DNA of 64,000 nt from Eledone cirrhosa (Eukaryota), in contig OZ024754.1 of the NCBI GenBank assembly GCA_964016885.1, positions 2,914,001 through 2,978,000 on the forward strand. The letters are read 5' to 3'. Numbering within the stretch: position 1 is the first letter of the stretch; the number at the start of each line of letters is the position of its first letter. The position numbers and the translations under genes were made by a program. Below, piece by piece: positions 11,936 through 24,460 of the stretch. Below the pieces are notes generated by a model. It searched no databases. It had not been told where the DNA came from and worked only from the letters and a program-made list of their open reading frames with translations.

Positions 11936-12910
11936 ACTCTCTTCCCGACCCACAACTCACTTCCATCGAGACGAGGTTGGTCACCCACATGTATGAGGTC
12001 CTCGAGTTAGAATGACTCTTTCAACATGTCTTCTTCACTATCCTCCGGAATAAAGCTTTATCTATTCTCTCTGCTGGGGCCGGAGTATAAAGGCCTTTGA
12101 GCCTGGAGTTCTGCACACCCGAGGGTGTTCTCACACATAGCCCGGGTATGTATCATCGGAGTAGCGATGGGATAGGTCCTTGAAAGTAATGCTCACATAT
12201 TTACCTACACGTCTCTCTCTCTCTCCCTCTCACATATAATACACTCTCTCTCTCTCACACACACACACACACTCCCTCTCACTCACTCTCTCCCTCTCTC
12301 ACACACACACTCTCTCTCACACACACACACACACACACTCTCTCACACACACTCTCTCTCTCTCACACACACACTCTCCCTCTCTCACACACACACTCTC
12401 TCTCACACTCTCACACACTCTCTCTTACATTCACACACACACTCCCTCTCACACACACTCTCTCTCACACACACACACTCTCTCTCACACTCCCTCTCTC
12501 TCTCACACACACACGCACACTCTCCCTCTCTCACACACACACTCTCTCTCTCTCACACACACACACACTCCCTCTCAACACACACACTCCCTCTCAACAC
12601 ACACACTCCCTCTCACACACACACACTCTCCCTCTCTCTCGTCAGATTAAATACTCCGATATTTGTTCCAACTCTCTGAGTTCTGAGTTCAAATCCTGCT
12701 GTAGGTAATATTCACCACTCCTCCCCTCGGGGTCAATAACCAAAACCTCAGTCCAGGGAGGGGGGGGGGGGTTGTCGTAATTAATGAATTGGACGAGATG
12801 CTTTATTAGAGGCTATCTAATTTCAAATCCTGCCCCCTTCTGCCAAAAGTTGCGACCGGTAGTTGGTATCAACAGAACTTCCGTTACAGCTTCGGAGATT
12901 GGAGGGATTT

Positions 12911-12983
<73 letters not shown>

Positions 12984-13009
12984 CTGTACATGTGTATTAT
13001 TATTGTAGG

Positions 13010-13200
13010 TTTTGGCAGTATCAGCAGAGGGTCGGACGCTATGCTTTGCAGCTTAGAGTTACGGCCCTTTACGGTCTGGGTTCAAAACCCGCCGAGGTGA
13101 ACTTTACCTTTCATCCTTATGTGATAGATAAAATAAAGTACCAGTAATGCACTGGGATAATTGCTGGCCTTGTGTCAAAGGTAGAAACAATTATTATTGT
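13010..13200 (+). mobile_element. tRNA-derived SINE family 2
   Basis: B-box GGTTCAAAACCC, core actttacctttcatcctta...gataaaataaagtaccag, (ATT)n tail. Confidence 0.75.
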
Positions 13201-13207
13201 GTATGTT

Positions 13208-13392
13208 TGATAATTGTTTCTACTTTAGGCACAAGGCCACTAACTACCCAGTGCATTACTGGTACTTTATTTTATCGACCCCCGTAAGGATGAAAGGCAA
13301 AGTCAACCTCGGCGGGATTTGAACTCAGATCGTAAAGGGACGTAACTATGCTGGAAAGCATGGCGTCCGACTCTCTACCGATACTGCCAAAT
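13208..13392 (-). mobile_element. tRNA-derived SINE family 2 (inverted partner of 13010-13200)
   Basis: Reverse complement of the same family. Further fragments at ~15473-15572, 26320-26425, 51200-51345(-) and 61070-61215. Confidence 0.75.
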
Positions 13393-14917
13393 GATACTAT
13401 ATATTCGTGCGCGGCTCACGATTGGCCTGACTTAGCCAAATCACGCACGAATAGTTTATAAATACGCCAAAGGCAAAGTATATTGCTACAGATATAATAT
13501 CATTCACAGCTTTGATTGTATAGTAATAGCTCGCGGTGTATTGTGTTTATTTGTACTTATTACTACAATAATACATAACATTTTAACTAACAAAACTTAA
13601 AGATCATTCTACAAGTTTCCACATTATTGGAGGGGGCTTAAGCCCCAAAAGTCCCTTAGCGCTGAAGGCTTAAATCAACAATAAAAAGACCAATGGAAGA
13701 ATATTTCCTTGGTCTGGTCGAACTATAGGCTCTTTTCATTACCCCCCCCCCCCCTCCCACACACACACCTTTTTTTTTTTTTACATTCCATTCAGTGTAG
13801 ACTTAAAGTTGTCCACAACTCTATGATAACGGAACTGGTGCGTGGGAGAAAATAATTATCCAGACTCGAATTTAGAACAAGTTTCTTCCACAGAACAAAT
13901 ATAATCTATTGTGCTCAACCTTTTAGTGTTCCCAGGCTCAATTCTACCAATCCTCTGCAGGTTCTTTTTTTTTTTTTTTTTACCATTTTCTAATAAGTTA
14001 ATGAAACAATGTACCATTACTGGTTCTAATACTACACTCCCATACATTCTGATTCCTCTACTATTACACTCTCTCCTGGTCTTGTATATCCTGACTCTAC
14101 TTAATGTGTTCGGGGACTGGCAGTCAAGTGCTTCAAACTTTATATATACCCCACCATTCTCAAGCGTGAACCTAACACATTTCGTAACTGTTGTTCTTAT
14201 TTACTTTTACTTTTCATATATATATATATATATATATATATGTTCAGGACCCCGACGGCAGAGCTCAAGCCGTTTCGACAGCTATTTCTGGACTCTTTAA
14301 TTTAATTTTGGCAGTATATGTATGTATGATAATACATATATATATATATATATATATCGCCAAAATTAAATTAAAGATGTCATGTCTGAAAATATCAGAA
14401 ACATGCGCCATATCACCTGTAGAATAAGGTAAAAGATTCTAAGGAATAAATCTGAACATTTATTAACATTAAATTGAAAATTCGATTGACAAATATATAT
14501 AAAATAAACATAAACAATTACAGGGGATAATTTGTAAAGAGTGTAAACACACATAGTTACGGAGGTAACATATCAAAAATTAACGAGAACTTTCAATAGA
14601 GATACCTTGCAATAATAATCATTATTGCAAGGTTCTCGATAATTTTTAATATGTTACCTACGTAACTATGTGTGTTTACACTCTTTCCAAATTATCCCCT
14701 TTAATTGTTTTATATATATATAGACAAGCTGTTAAAACACAAGAGCTCAGTCGTCAGTCCCCAACTCTTTCTAATAAGTAACAATAAATAGGTACAATAA
14801 GTTTCGTTAGGTTCTGGAGCCCAACTCATTCAGCCTGCCATAAGCAAAATAAAAATAAAGTGCCATATACATATATATATAATATAAAATCAAAAGATGG
14901 TTAAAAGAGTTCCATGT

Positions 14918-14961
14918 ATTTTATTATGCGCATTTCAAAAACATCATCATCGGATGATATT
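14918..14961 (-). ncRNA. Degenerate hammerhead motif, family E
   Basis: Minus strand reads CCGATGA tgatgttttt GAAA TGCGCAT A ataaaata (palindromic stem III ATGCGCAT). A related copy lies at 46441-46635. Confidence 0.4.
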
Positions 14962-16179
14962 TGCGTTCTCATGAGATAAAATAGGGAGACATGATATGAA
15001 GCTTAAAATACACTTGCGAGCAGTGAAGTGTTAAATCAACATTTTGATTTTATATTATTTATACTACAGTCCTATAAACTGTTGAGTGCTACTTATCCGA
15101 TATTTGCATTGCTTTATTGTGCTACAATAAAACTCACCCCCTACATATATATATATTGCTGTACTTTGGGTGTGCCATGCTGCAAAAAGAAACACACGCA
15201 TATGTTAGCTTCATTGCCAGAATGACCCCCCTAAAGTATAACAATATCTGTTTCAACACGTTTTCAGATAAGAAATCTTGCAAAACAAATACAAAAAAAA
15301 ATAAATAATATCTACCTTGAGGATTAAGCCGAATTAGTTGGAAAAGGTTATTTTTTATAGAACCCGCTGGAAAAGAGTGTTTCAAGAAACACCGTTTCAT
15401 TAAACTACTTCTTTACAGCCTACTTTTCGTACTATAATTTTACACAGCAATCTAAACAGTTTTAATTATACACGAGGTAAACTTTGCTTTTCATCCTTAC
15501 GGGGTCGATAAAATAAAGTACCAGTAATGTACTGAGTAATTGCTGGCCTTGTGCCTAAAGTAGAAACAATTATACACGAAATTGTATTACAATGAAATGA
15601 AATGAAATAATAATAAAATATCTTTCAGAAAAAAGAAAAGAATAGAATTTCCATCCGAAAATTTAATATATTAAAAAAAAAGGCACAGTAATATTTTAAA
15701 ATATTTCAATACGAAATTATGTCTCAGTAATGAAGTAAAGATGGCAGTTAATGATGTCATAGCAAGACAAGGTCTAAACAAACATGAGAATGCATGGTTG
15801 AAACTATTACACAAAGTAAACATAAATATTCTACTACATAATATATTTACAAAATTAAACTCTAACAAGTAGTTTTACTTCAAAGGAAAATTTAATTACC
15901 GTACAATAAATGAACGATTAAAGACAATTGTAAATACATTTTTTTATTTGTCTTTTTTTTTTACAGATACAAAATATTTCTTTATTTCAATAGAATTTAT
16001 ACAAATAAACATATAAACTTATATTTATATAAAGATTTAGGTAAATAAAAAAAAAGAAGTGGAAAAAGGTGATAGAAGACAGACATTTAATCACACGTCA
16101 CAAAAACAAATATTGAAGTTTCTTTCTAATATATTTTTTAAGCGACCCTTACGTCATTGCTGTGGGTGATGGCGAGACT

Positions 16180-16860
16180 AAGACGCTAGAATAACCAAGT
16201 TCTGTTGTGGGTATTTTTTAATAGACTAGTATTGTCCTGCTTACTCTTATCTATGGTCATGACTCTTGTGTAATGGCCAAAAGAATACAATCGCAAATAC
16301 AAGCGGCTAAAATGGAATTCTCAAGGAGTAACGTTACTCGACAAAGTGCGTAGGGAATCGTTCCAGGTAGAGCCGCTATTTCTTCGACTTGAGAGATCAC
16401 AGCACGGATACTAGAGACATGCAGTGTCGGATTTACCATTGTCCTTAGGTGTGATAAAGCACAGGGACCCGTTGGCCAGAGGGAATGGGGGCATCTTCCT
16501 GCCAAAAAGGTTTTTTAAGATGAATTTTTCAGATATTTGGGGCCTCATAACTTAACTAGCACAGGGCCTCATTTGTCCTAAATTAGGCACCGGGGACGTG
16601 ATTAGAATGTCTAATGTCTAGGGAAAGGATTATAGGATAGGACAGATTTTACGGACAAAGACAACTGGCAAGAGATCCACAGGTAGACAACGAGCAAGAT
16701 AGTCGGATAACATCCATAAGTTCGTTTATGGATCCATCTTGCCTGGGGATTCATCAGGACTATTTGGAGACGGTTGCCTCTGATACGATCCTCTGGAAGG
16801 CGTTCCTGAAGAGTCTACCTCCACGACCCTTTCAGGAATAAATGAGTGAAGATGACAAAA
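16180..16860 (+). mobile_element. Decayed RTE-type LINE 3' end (same family as 1200-2500)
   Basis: Peptides YGHDSCVMAKRIQSQIQAAKMEF, GVTLLDKVR, LERSQ, GQILRTKTTGKRSTGRQRAR, WKAFLKSLPPRP. Confidence 0.7.
16422..16592. mobile_element. hAT-type MITE nested in the RTE fragment
   Basis: Ends cagtgtcggattta / taaattaggcaccg with an imperfect 8-bp TSD gagacatg/gggacgtg. Confidence 0.6.
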
Positions 16861-17046
16861 GTGAAGAAACACTTGCGTCCGTTGTTGTGGCATATCATTG
16901 AGTGGATGTATCTTCTACTTGTTTTTGTGTTTATATAAATAAATATATATATATATATGTGTGTGTATATATGATCTCTCTCTCTCTCTCCCTCTCTCTC
17001 TCTGTCTCTCTCTCTCTCTATATATATATATGCATATATATATATT

Positions 17047-17112
<66 letters not shown>

Positions 17113-17156
17113 GAATATAAAATGAAAGTGCTTTTTTTAAAAAGGAATTTATTAGG

Positions 17157-17267
<111 letters not shown>

Positions 17268-17405
17268 TGTGTATATGTGTATATATATTATGATCTATAT
17301 ATATATATTATTTACATTGTGAAATTGTGTCTAATCTTCAGTCCAAGAAGAGATTACTGGAATACATACAACTGTCAAGGGATAACTATAATGTGGGGGA
17401 AAGGT

Positions 17406-17616
17406 CATCATCATCACCATCACCATCATCACCATCACCATCATCACCATCATCATCATCATCATCATCATCTTCATCTCCTTCATCATCACCATCATCA
17501 TCATCATCTTAATCATCATCTTAATCATCATCTTCAACATCATCATCATCATCATCACCATCATCACCATCACTATCATCATCATCATCATCACCCTCAT
17601 CATTATCATCATCATC

Positions 17617-17689
<73 letters not shown>

Positions 17690-17720
17690 CCACCACCACC
17701 ATCATCATCATCAGCATCAT
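17406..17720. repeat. (CAT/CAC)n microsatellite
   Basis: Direct inspection; similar tracts at 23847-23935 and 26081-26318. Confidence 0.95.
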
Positions 17721-18069
17721 CCTTATTTCTGGACCAAATATATCGGTAACAGATGCCTGATAGTTGATTCACAACAGATGTTTCAACAGAAGATAGACAG
17801 ACAGTATTTTATTCTATTGTTATATGTATCCCACATTACAATGGTTTATAGATTACCAAAATCAAATTCTTAATACTAGAAGAAATGAAAATTGCTTAGT
17901 TTTTATTTATTTATCGAAAAACATAAGATGGATCAAGTAAAGAAACTTGGTGAGGTCACAGGGCCACCAAACTGATATATGGTGCGTCTTGCACATTTCA
18001 ATATATATATATATCCCGTCTAAACCCATGCTAGCGTGGAAGATAGACATTAAACGATGATGATGATGA

Positions 18070-18103
<34 letters not shown>

Positions 18104-18351
18104 TCATCATCATCCATCCTCCACGCTAGCTAGCATGGGTTTAGATGGGAATTGTCCCACTTGAGGCAAGATTGGTCGGGAGACCGTGTCTCACTCGTAT
18201 AGGAATGTCTGGCAGGTTTTCTACGGCTGGATGCCCTTCCTAACACCAACCACGTTTATATATAAGATGGCAGACTGAATATGTATGTGTTTTTTTTCTG
18301 ATTTTTCCCCATTCCTTCCTCTCATCACTTTACTTTCTATTTATCATTCTA

Positions 18352-18387
18352 TCTCCTGATGAAGGACTATTGTCGGAAACGTTAAGA
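18352..18387 (+). ncRNA. Minimal hammerhead motif, family D
   Basis: CTGATGA(18356) aggac tatt gtcg GAAACGTT aaga, within a ~190-bp repeat (~18290-18478). Confidence 0.55.
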
Positions 18388-19244
18388 CACCCTTCTTACT
18401 ATTTCAAGCATTAAACTGATATATTTCTTCTATGTACTGTGTTGTTTCTTTTGTTATTTCTGTTTACCTTTTACATACATACACACACGCACATATATAT
18501 TTACATGCCAACACAAGAGCAAGAATGAGGGGCTCATTCTACTGACATGGCTGAAAAGAGGCTGTTTGCATTATTGCAAACAAATCAAATATTATTACTA
18601 ATATTCGAAAAACTCACATCACATTTATTGTATTCAGCCATGTAGAGTGACATCTATTTGTTAGTTATATATATATATGGCTTCTGCCTTTGCACAAGGC
18701 TTTGGTCAACCCAAGTCTATAGTAAAAGAAACTTGCCCAAGGTGTCACTCAGAAGGACTGAACCTGAAGCCACATGGTTGTGAGGTGAACTCCTTATCCC
18801 ACTCACTCATGCCTGCAGCTATCAAATAAATATAAATAAATAAGTACACTGAAAATGAGAGGTGACAACAGCGTTTGAACTATTCAATTTAAATTAAGTT
18901 TGACATCTGTACACATGACTATTACATATTTAAATGAGGAATGTGTGTCTGTGTATGTGTGTGTGTGTCACTGAGTCTGTCCGTGGACACTTGACAGTTA
19001 AATATTTTCTTTAAATATTTTTTGTTTGTCTATTTACAACTTAAAATTAAGAGGTAGGGATGATAAAAGAATCAAGGTTTTGCTATTTTAGAGGAAAAAG
19101 CTATTAGAATCAGCTCAGAATCACGTACAAAGCTAATTTTGGTAATATTTTCACCGACAAAAATATTTTAAATGTTTAATCAAGATACTTCAGAACTGCA
19201 AATAAACTTGAATGAGTAGAAAATAAACTAGAAAAATAAAAGGA

Positions 19245-19302
<58 letters not shown>

Positions 19303-19724
19303 AACAACACAAAATGTAACTACTCCATTACCAAAGGTTTTGGGATCACAGACGATAATATATACGTCTGGATCCAGAAGTCCTGAAAATAGTCATCAGA
19401 TCCGTCCTTCTATCTCACTATGTGATAAAAAAAAAAAATATTATAGTACAGTGTTACCTCCTCCTTGTTCTTGCTTGACGAGGCTGGGGTCATCCTAACC
19501 GACGATGCCAGAAGCATCATCATGCTACCTTTGCTAATAAAAATAATAAGTTGTTTCTACCCTGTGGTACCTTATTTTGACTAGGTAGCAGGGGCTATAT
19601 GACAGCTATGAAACATACTGGACATTAGTTATTGAATATATACTGTTGACCACACAGCTGACCAGCTGAAATATAATCCTTTCATCTGCAAATTGGAAAG
19701 CCAACAGCCCACCTGCTTACAGTC

Positions 19725-19900
19725 TTCTTTCTTCTTCTTCTTCTTCTTCTTCTTCTTCTTGGGAGGGTAATGGGGGTGAGGAGTTATAGTCCTCAAGCAC
19801 ACCTTCCCATGGGTCCTATCAATGACAACTGTCTCCATTTGATCATCCTCCTGCTGGACCCCCAAACAAGAGCCAGTCAAGCTCGTGAATGTTCAGCTGG
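19725..19900 (-). mobile_element. RTE-type LINE extreme 3' fragment with (AAG)n tail
   Basis: Minus strand reads NIHELDWL...METVVIDR..GKVCL; homologous to 1200-1330 and 16700-16860. Confidence 0.55.
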
Positions 19901-21214
19901 CCTCCCTTAAATAAAGGCTTTAATTGTTCATGTGATGCAAGCATGGTGCTGTTTTGTACCTTTTTTTAAGAACATCTTGTTAATGTAGTTTCATGTGGTA
20001 CAGGACGTTAAGATGGAAATTGTTCAAATCATTTTTTTTTTGGGGGGGGGGGGTATTTTTAATGCCTTATTCAGAAGAGAAAGTGCAGCTCCTCGTGATG
20101 CTTTCTAGAGCCTCCATGCCAACATGTAGAGAGTTACTCTCAGATTGGAGACCCTGGTTCAAAGTAATTGTGACAGAAAACCCAATAAAGGAACCTAGTG
20201 CAATACTTTAACAATTTGCTGAAATTATGTCTGTTTATGCATAATCAAGTTGTTTGCAATTATTGTTAATGGTTAATTATTTAGTAAAAGGAAAGAGAAA
20301 AACATATGCTGCAAATTAATCATGAAAGATTATTAGCAACTAGCAGCTTAGTTAAATGGTTTATTGTACAGAAGGTTACTTAGAAAGGGCATTGAGCTCA
20401 ATTAGTGATAATGAGAGTTAAATTAGCCTCAAACTGCTTTTGTAAGTGACATTTCACTTTGTAAAGTGTCAACTTGTGAAACATGCCTTAAGGCAACCTC
20501 AAGTTTCTTCACACTATGCATTCATTTAAATTACCCTGATATATTCAGACATAAGGTTGCTAGCTTGCATTTGTATTGTGCAAAAAAGAAAGATTATATG
20601 TATATTATATATGCAACACATGCAGTTTATCTCCTGAATCCCAGTAACATTTTAAAAGGTTGTGTTTATCCCTTTTGATATCAATATGGCTAAACCACCC
20701 ATGGTTCTGTGAAATAAAAACCACCCATTTTAAAGAGTTTTTAAATTAAAATCTTCCAACATAATTTTATATTGGAACCATATTTTAAGTTATTATCTTA
20801 ATAAAATAATTAATATTTGAAGTAAATGCCTCTTAATTCTTCATTAATTAATTGAAATAGAGTGTATTTCTTTAGAAATATGGTCATGAAAAGGTTAGCT
20901 ATAATCTCTTGATGTGAATGGGAGATAAATTGTCCACTGGATAGAATGTTAGTCTATCACAGGTAACTTACCCAGGATATATAACTGTTAATTACTTTCA
21001 CAAAAAAAAGCAAGAACTGTTAAAAGGGTGGATGAACTGCTCAAAGTCAACAGCCATCCACCCTAACTATGGGTTAAATTGCCTCACCAACCCACAATTG
21101 GCCAACTGTGGTGACTACGGCTACATGAAGATGGAGGTGGAGGTCAACCAGGGAGGGGTTACTCCAACAAGAATGAAATACATATAGATGATGATGATTA
21201 GGTGAAGAAGTTTC

Positions 21215-21466
21215 AGTAGAGGAAGTCCTGAGTAGAAGTGGTGAGAGTTGAGTAGAGGAAGTCCTGAGTAGAAGTGGTGAGAGTTGAGTAGGGGAAGACA
21301 TGAGTAGAAGTGGTGAGAGTTGAGTAGGGGAAGACATGAGTAGAAGTGGTGAGAATTGAGTAGAGGAAGTCCTGAGTAGAAGTGGTGAGAGTTGAGTAGA
21401 GGAAGTCCTGAGTAGAAGTGGTGAGAGTTGAGTAGAGGAAGTCCTGAGTAGAAGTGGTGAGAGCTG
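21215..21466. repeat. 7 x 36-bp minisatellite
   Basis: Unit agtagaggaagtcctgagtagaagtggtgagagttg. Confidence 0.95.
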
Positions 21467-21920
21467 ATCTCAAAATCTTCAGGTTCATATTCTGTGGTGA
21501 CAGTTGAAAATTGCAAACTTGACTGTCACCACAGAATATGAACCTGAAGATTGTGAAAGCATGAAGTACTTGTTCAATTAACACTTAACATTTAATATTC
21601 TACCATACTATTTCATTCTAATACCATATATGTATATATATATATATATATGCAAAAGTTCTATTTAAATTGTTGGGATACAACAAGCAAATATTTTTAT
21701 AACTGATATAAAGCACTCAACAAGTATTTGGAGTAAACATATATATATATATATATTTATATATTATCTATATATGTATATATATATAGGTTTAGATCTA
21801 GCTGTCGAAACAGCCGGAGCTCAGCTGTCTGGGTCCTGATTCTTTTCCTATTACCCACTCTACTACTGTAAGTATCGAATACTCTGGTGTGTTATGGTCC
21901 ACGTGGTTCCTTACCACACC

Positions 21921-22259
21921 ATCATCATCAGCATTTTACGTCCGCTTTTCCCTGCTTGCAAGGGTGGGATGGGAACTGATTCTGGCTTGATTTCTACAGC
22001 GGGATGCCCTTCCTAACACCAACCTCATTTACAGTGAGTGCTGGGTGCTTTTTTGCCGTGGCACCTCCATGACCACTTTACAGTGGAATGATAGGGACCC
22101 CAGGGATCCCTATCATCTCATTTCTACAGCTGAGTAAACTGCAGCAATGTGAAATAAAGTGTCTTGCTCAAGGAAACAACACATCACCCAGTCTGAGAAT
22201 TGAACTCACAACCTTTCGATTGCAAGGCCAATGCTCTAACCACTAAGCCATGTGGCTCC
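21921..22259 (-). mobile_element. tRNA-derived SINE family 1, full length
   Basis: Matches 5336-5684. Confidence 0.85.
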
Positions 22260-22520
22260 ATGTGCATTCATATATAAATATATATATAAATAAGGATGGA
22301 ATCAGTTTGAAACTAGTTAGACCATAACTCACCAGAGTACTCAATACTTGAGGTAGTAGATTAGGGTTATATTATAAAGACTCAGGACCTCGACAGCTGA
22401 GCTCTTGCATTTCACCAGCTAGTTCCAGGCTCTAGTCTAGAACTAGTTGTTGAAACAGCAAGAGCTCAGCTGCCGAGTACCAATATACATATATACATAT
22501 ATACACACACACACATACAG

Positions 22521-22557
<37 letters not shown>

Positions 22558-22661
22558 CACAGGCATATACACACTTTAATAGTGTAGTGGTACTTCAGCA
22601 AGGCACTTGAAACTACTTAAACTAAAGAGCATATACATACAAATCCTATAGTTTATTAATG

Positions 22662-22701
<40 letters not shown>

Positions 22702-23121
22702 ACTACACTGTATATATATATATATATATATGTATGTGTGAATACATTGTGTATATATATATATGTATGAATACACTGTGTATATCTGTGTGTGTGAATA
22801 CATTGTGTATATGTGTGTGTTTATATAGTTTATATTTGATGAAATGATGGGGTGTTATGGGATAAACATGAGAGACCCCTATCTTGAGCTTTTGGTCGCA
22901 TCTTATAACTCTCAAATGGCCCACAGTTCAATGATATCACTTTAAGAACCAATACATATATACAGTCCAGAAATAGCTGTTGAAACGGCTTGAGTTCTGC
23001 TGTCGGGGTCTAACATTTTCCTATCACCCACTCTACTACCTTAAGTATTGAGTACTCTGGTGCATTTTGGTCCATCTGGTTCCTTACCACACCTCCTTCG
23101 TTATATATATATATATATATA

Positions 23122-23380
23122 TAGTGCCGGATTTAGATTTGATGAGGCCCTAAGCTATTTGAGATAATGGGGCCCTTTATATGTTCTAAAAAATGTTATA
23201 AAAACTGCAAAACGTTCAATATTAAAGCAGAAAACTGTTTAAAACTATTGCATTATTTTAGTTCTTTTTTATCTTATATTTTGGAAATGTACACACCGTT
23301 TTTTTTCAATTTTTTCGGGGCCCCAAGAAAGCGGGGGCCCTAAGCTATAGTTTGTTTAGCTTATACGTAAATCCCACTCT
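23122..23380. mobile_element. hAT-type MITE within (TA)n
   Basis: Ends agtgccggattta / taaatcccactctg; internal ggccctaagctat repeats. Confidence 0.6.
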
Positions 23381-23876
23381 GTATATATATATATATATAT
23401 AATATAATATATATATATATTTTATCTGTAGTAAAATATCAGTGGAAAGGAAAAATGAAAACAAACACACAGACACAGTACATATAAACTCACACACACA
23501 CACACTGACACTCAAGCACACAGATATAAAACTGTTTCAGACCAACACACAGACACAGAAATATTTACATTAAATGCATACACACATAAAATCAATACAT
23601 AGAAACATACAAAGAGAAACACACACACATATATGTATGTGAGTGTTATGTGTGTGTGTGTTATGTGTGTGTGTGTGTTTGTGTGCATATGTGTGTGTGT
23701 TTTTTTGTTTGAGTCCTGTTACTCTGTGATTACACAGGAGACACTTCAGAATGTAGGACTCAATTTTGGGCGTAATAGTGAAAATAATCTCTACGAGAGG
23801 ACTGAGTTACCTTCATTGCCCCCACAAATAGTAAGCATGTGTGTTTATCATCATCATTATCATCATCGTCATCACT

Positions 23877-23924
<48 letters not shown>

Positions 23925-24227
23925 GCTACCATCATTTAATGTCCACTTTCCCTGCTAGCAAAGGTTGGATGGGTCTATGTAGACCAAGTCAGTATTGAAG
24001 CAAGGTTACTAACCTTTAAGACAGGCTGGACAATATTATCATCATCATCATCATCATCACTGTTTAATGTCCATTTTTCCATGCTAGCATGGGTTAGACG
24101 AGTTGTCCCATTGTGAGACAAATCAGATCAGGTGACCATATCTTCTGGTTCTGGCTTGCTTTCAATGGCTGGATGCCCTTCCTAATGCCAACCACATTTA
24201 CAGTACATATATATATATATATATAAA

Positions 24228-24460
24228 TCTTGATCAGTGTCCAAGTCTCAGACCCGTACAGCAGCACAGACTCCACTACAGCAACGAAGAGACGGATCTG
24301 TGGTAGCCCCTGCATGGACTCACTGGAAGAGGAAGTCCGAGGTTAACATATGTTCATGCCCTAAACAGACACTGATCTCTTGGAGGTGCAGGACATGGCA
24401 GTGATAATGACCACCGGAGAGAACTCGACCAAGGAGCTCGGGAACTTTACCCGCCCTAGA
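24228..24460. mobile_element. RTE-type LINE fragments in opposite orientations
   Basis: Minus strand QIRLFVAVVESVLLYGSETWTL (24228-24300) abuts plus strand PLHGLTGRGSPRLTYVHAL..LEVQDMAVIM. Confidence 0.6.

Noticed and set aside
17277-17873. Poly-His / poly-Met / poly-Asp ORFs (also 23633-23998 and 26006-26628)
   Set aside because: (CAT)n and (GTA)n microsatellites with no surrounding domain or splice support.
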